From positions 114,909 to 134,908 of the forward strand of contig CAZWDO010000010.1 in NCBI GenBank assembly GCA_964632485.1: 20,000 bases of DNA, in the 5' to 3' direction. This stretch comes from an uncultured bacterium (GTDB taxonomy: Bacteria; JAGOEH01). Below the pieces are notes generated by a model. That model was given only the letters and a program-made list of their open reading frames with translations, did no database searches and was not told where the DNA came from. Numbering within the stretch: position 1 is the stretch's first letter; each line of letters opens with the position of its first letter. A program made the translations under genes and the position numbers. Shown in pieces: positions 16,929 through 20,000 of this stretch.

Positions 16929-19900
16929 ATGGCTCGCTGGAGAATGATGTGGCTGATTGTGTGGACGGTAGCGCTGGCGGCGCCTTCGGCGGCGCGGGTG
17001 GTGAGGCAGGACGGGGGCGGGGACGCCGCGACCGTCATGGAAGCGGTGATCGACGCCGCGGGCGGGGATATCGTGGAGATACAAGACAACAACATTTACA
17101 ACGAGCACATCGAATTGTTTTCGGGCGTGACGCTTCGCGGCGGCGCGGGCTGGCGGCCGATCGTTCGCTATGACGGCTCCAGCGCGGACAGCGCGGTGAT
17201 CCGCGTGGCGACGGTGGAAGCGGTGCGCGTGGAAAACCTGACGATATTGGGCGTTCCGGCGCGTTCGCAGTACGGGATCCGGGGAGGGAACGGCCGGGTG
17301 ATTCTGGAGAGCGACTCGGTGGCCGGCTGCCGGACCGCGGTGTTGCTGACGCGGGCGGCGGCGGGGGATACGCTGCGGGCGGTGGCGATAGCGGGGTGTT
17401 CGGCGTACGGGATCGAATGCCGGGGGGCGTCGCCGGAGATTCGGGATTGCCGGATATCGGGGTGCGCCACGGCGGCGGTGTCGTGTTCGTCGGGAGCGTC
17501 GCCGCGTTTATCGGGCAGCCGGTTGTGGAACAACGGAGGCTGGGGGATGATGTTGGCGGCTGACGGGACGAGCCGACCGGTGATCGGCGATACGCTGACG
17601 GCGGCCAATGAGATTTACGGCAATGCGTCGGGGGCGATCTATCTGCCGCCATTATGGGAGGCGGAGCTCGCGGCGGGTTGGAATTACTGGGGATTGACCG
17701 ACTGCGCGGCCTTGGCGGCGGCGCTTCCGCTTCGGGTCCGGTGGAAGCCGGCCCTGGCGGGCGATTTGCAGACACCCGTCTGGTGCAACACGGCGCCGGC
17801 GGCGGCCAGCGCCCCGGCGCCGGCGGATTACGCCGCGAATGTGGGCAAACAGGCGGATTTGTGCTGGCGGGGGTACGATGCGGACGGGGACAGCCTGCGC
17901 TACCGAATTTTGCTGGACACGGTCAATCCGCCCGTCGTCGAACGGGCGGCGGATCATCCATATCGGACGCTGGACGCGGGGACGTTGACGCCCGGGCGGA
18001 CCTGGTACTGGCGGGTGGAGAGCGACGACGGGACGCAGACGACGGCGGGCCCGACGTGGCGATTCACCGCGGCGGCCAATCAGCCGCCGACGCTGCCCTC
18101 GGCGCCGCGGCCCGGGCATCTGAGCGACAGTTCGGGCATCCGTCCCGAGTTGCGCTGGACGGGCGGCGACGCGGACGGCGACGCCGCGACCTACGATATC
18201 TATTTCGGCGCGGGCGCGGGCGAACCGCCCCTTGTCGTTTCCGGCCAGCGCGCCGCGTATTATCCTCCGGGGGTCTTGAGCCACGGCGCGGAATACCGGT
18301 GGAAGATCGCAGCGCGCGACAGCGAGGGCGCCGCGACCGCTGGCCCGCTCTGGAGTTTTACGACGCGGGCCGATGGTCCTCCCTCGGTTCCGACGCGTCT
18401 GTTCCCGATCGATAGCGTGGCCGATCCCTTGGGCGTGAATCTGCTCTGGAGCGGGGGCGACGCGGACGGCGACACCGTGCATTACGACGTCTATTTCGGC
18501 GCGGACACCCTGAGCTGGCTGCTCGTGTCGGCCGATCAGGCGGACAGTTATTACGCGGCGGGCAATCTGGCCGTCAACGCGCGCTACTGGTGGCGGATTC
18601 GCGCCCATGACGGCGACGATACCATCGCCGGTCCGGCATGGAGTTTCACCGCGGGCAATGGCGCGGATACCGCGCCGCTGCTGATGCTGAACGCGCCCGC
18701 GGATCATGCCTCGGGCGTCGCCGCGGATGTGGAGCTGGCCTGGACCGGAATCGACGACGAGGGCGGGGAGGTGCGCTACGATGTGTGGCTGGACCGGGTC
18801 GATCCGCCGGCGCGGCGGGTGGCGGCGGATCGGGCGGCGACAAGCTGGAGCGGCGGGGAATTGGAAGCGGGGGCGACGTATTACTGGCGGGTATCGGCGA
18901 GCGACGGCGCGAATCTGCGGCTGAGCGCGATCCGCGAGTTCACGGTGGCCGCCTCGAGCGCGCCGCGTACGCCGCTGATCGTCGGCGGTCCCGCGGAAGG
19001 GGCGCCGGAAACGATCTACGGCTACGATGTGGCCATCCGCGACCGCGAGGCGCAGCGGCTGTATTGCCGCCTGGACTGGGATGACGGCGATACGTCCCGG
19101 ATCGTCTGGCACGGTCCCTTGTCGTACGGGGACACGGTGCGTTTTGATCATGCCTGGAGCGATACGGGAACCTATCTCGTTCGGGCGCGGGCGCGGGACG
19201 AAGCGGACAGCTTGTCGGCGTGGAGTTCGACCTTGAGCGTGCATATCGCGATCGCCAATCAGGCTCCGGGCGCCCCCCTGGTGACGGGACCGGCGGGAGG
19301 CTATGTCGATGCCAGCCTGTCCGTGGAAGCGGTGAGCGTCGACGGCGACGGGGACAGCGTGTCCTATTGGTATGACTGGGGAGACGGCGACAGCGACGGG
19401 TGGTCTCTGTTGCGGGCCTCGGGAGAGTCGCTGACGCTCGATCATGCCTGGAGCGCGGCAGGCGCCTATGCGGTGCGGGTCAAGGCGCGCGACAGCCGGG
19501 GCGCCGAGTCGGATTGGGGAACGCATACCGTGAACATCAGCGACAACCAGCCTCCCGGGACGGCGGGCGAGATACAGGGCCCGACGGCGTTGTACTCGGG
19601 CGACAGCGCCCTTTACCGGGGCGCGAGCGCGGACCCGGAAGGCGACATCGTGTATTACCGGTGGTCGTGGGGGGACGGGGATACGACCGGCTGGCGGGGC
19701 CCCTATGCGAGCGGGGACACGGCGAGCGCGAGCCATGCGTGGTCTTCGGCGGGCGAGTACGGCGCGCGGGTTTTGGCGCGCGACGCCGGGGGGCATGCCT
19801 CCGCGGCGTGGAGTCCCCCCCATGTTGTAAGCGTCAGCGACAACCAGCCGCCCTCCGCTCCGGCGTGGATCGCGGCTCCGGACAGCGCCGTGACGGACCG

Positions 19901-20000
19901 TTTCCGCTGGTGGCGGGCGCGCGCCATGGACGGGGAAGGCGACAGCGTGTATTACCGGTGGTCGTGGGGGGACGGGGATACGACCGGCTGGCGGGGCCCC
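16929..20000 (+). CDS. Large secreted modular protein (3'-truncated, >=1024 aa): signal peptide, right-handed parallel beta-helix domain, 4 FN3-like repeats, >=4 PKD-like repeats
   Basis: Manual translation from ATG 16929 (RBS GGAAAGGGA): MARWRMMWLIVWTVALAAPSAARVVRQDGGGDAATVMEAVIDAAGGDIVEIQDNNIYNEHIEL... I found no stop to the window end. Beta-helix-like region ends in 'GWNYWG'. FN3-like units start near 17787, 18078, 18372, 18666 (W.G.DADGD...YD(V/I)YFG...Y.W(R/K)(V/I)...D...GP.W.FT). PKD-like units start near 18957, 19257, 19545, 19842 (WGDGD...HAWS..G.Y.VR..ARD). Confidence 0.9.
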   Translation, partial: MARWRMMWLIVWTVALAAPSAARVVRQDGGGDAATVMEAVIDAAGGDIVEIQDNNIYNEHIELFSGVTLRGGAGWRPIVRYDGSSADSAVIRVATVEAVRVENLTILGVPARSQYGIRGGNGRVILESDSVAGCRTAVLLTRAAAGDTLRAVAIAGCSAYGIECRGASPEIRDCRISGCATAAVSCSSGASPRLSGSRLWNNGGWGMMLAADGTSRPVIGDTLTAANEIYGNASGAIYLPPLWEAELAAGWNYWGLTDCAALAAALPLRVRWKPALAGDLQTPVWCNTAPAAASAPAPADYAANVGKQADLCWRGYDADGDSLRYRILLDTVNPPVVERAADHPYRTLDAGTLTPGRTWYWRVESDDGTQTTAGPTWRFTAAANQPPTLPSAPRPGHLSDSSGIRPELRWTGGDADGDAATYDIYFGAGAGEPPLVVSGQRAAYYPPGVLSHGAEYRWKIAARDSEGAATAGPLWSFTTRADGPPSVPTRLFPIDSVADPLGVNLLWSGGDADGDTVHYDVYFGADTLSWLLVSADQADSYYAAGNLAVNARYWWRIRAHDGDDTIAGPAWSFTAGNGADTAPLLMLNAPADHASGVAADVELAWTGIDDEGGEVRYDVWLDRVDPPARRVAADRAATSWSGGELEAGATYYWRVSASDGANLRLSAIREFTVAASSAPRTPLIVGGPAEGAPETIYGYDVAIRDREAQRLYCRLDWDDGDTSRIVWHGPLSYGDTVRFDHAWSDTGTYLVRARARDEADSLSAWSSTLSVHIAIANQAPGAPLVTGPAGGYVDASLSVEAVSVDGDGDSVSYWYDWGDGDSDGWSLLRASGESLTLDHAWSAAGAYAVRVKARDSRGAESDWGTHTVNISDNQPPGTAGEIQGPTALYSGDSALYRGASADPEGDIVYYRWSWGDGDTTGWRGPYASGDTASASHAWSSAGEYGARVLARDAGGHASAAWSPPHVVSVSDNQPPSAPAWIAAPDSAVTDRFRWWRARAMDGEGDSVYYRWSWGDGDTTGWRGP
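19649..20000 (+). repeat. Intragenic exact direct repeat, >=55 bp (19649-19703 and 19946-20000), period 297 bp
   Basis: CGTGTATTACCGGTGGTCGTGGGGGGACGGGGATACGACCGGCTGGCGGGGCCCC occurs twice; the second copy is cut by the window end. Confidence 0.92.

Noticed and set aside
17652..19823. 723-aa minus-strand ORF, plus the 246-aa, 253-aa and other ORFs between 16500 and 20000
   Set aside because: Arg/Pro/Ala-rich shadow frames of the GC-rich + strand gene starting at 16929, which has a signal peptide and coherent repeated domains.
19649..20000. Direct repeat as a possible CRISPR array or DGR template/variable repeat
   Set aside because: The period is 297 bp (99 codons) inside a coding repeat. 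There are only two copies, no adenine-specific mismatches, and no cas or reverse transcriptase gene in the window.

Overview
Bacterial genomic window (host lineage cannot be determined from sequence alone), mostly envelope, transport and defence genes. Left to right: 3' part of a protein with a C-terminal YfaP/DUF2135-like domain plus terminator; a secreted YggN/DUF2884-like protein (-) behind an ECF-sigma-like promoter; a tripartite efflux operon (MFP, RND, TolC-type); a small DMT-family membrane protein; a YrbG-type Na+/Ca2+ antiporter; a stand-alone Type IIG restriction-modification enzyme; an Eis-like GNAT acetyltransferase (-) interrupted by an in-frame TAG and coupled to a cation:proton antiporter. 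After an abrupt rise in GC near 16150 comes a large secreted protein (16929 to >20000; beta-helix, 4 FN3-like and at least 4 PKD-like modules) that the ORF track omits because it has no stop in the window. No tRNA, rRNA, CRISPR array or transposase was recognised. I see no clear-cut novel multi-gene system. The best leads are the RND pump lacking the canonical proton-relay residues, the amber-interrupted GNAT, the hidden modular surface protein with its ~390-nt structured leader and internal identical repeat, and the compositional mosaicism.
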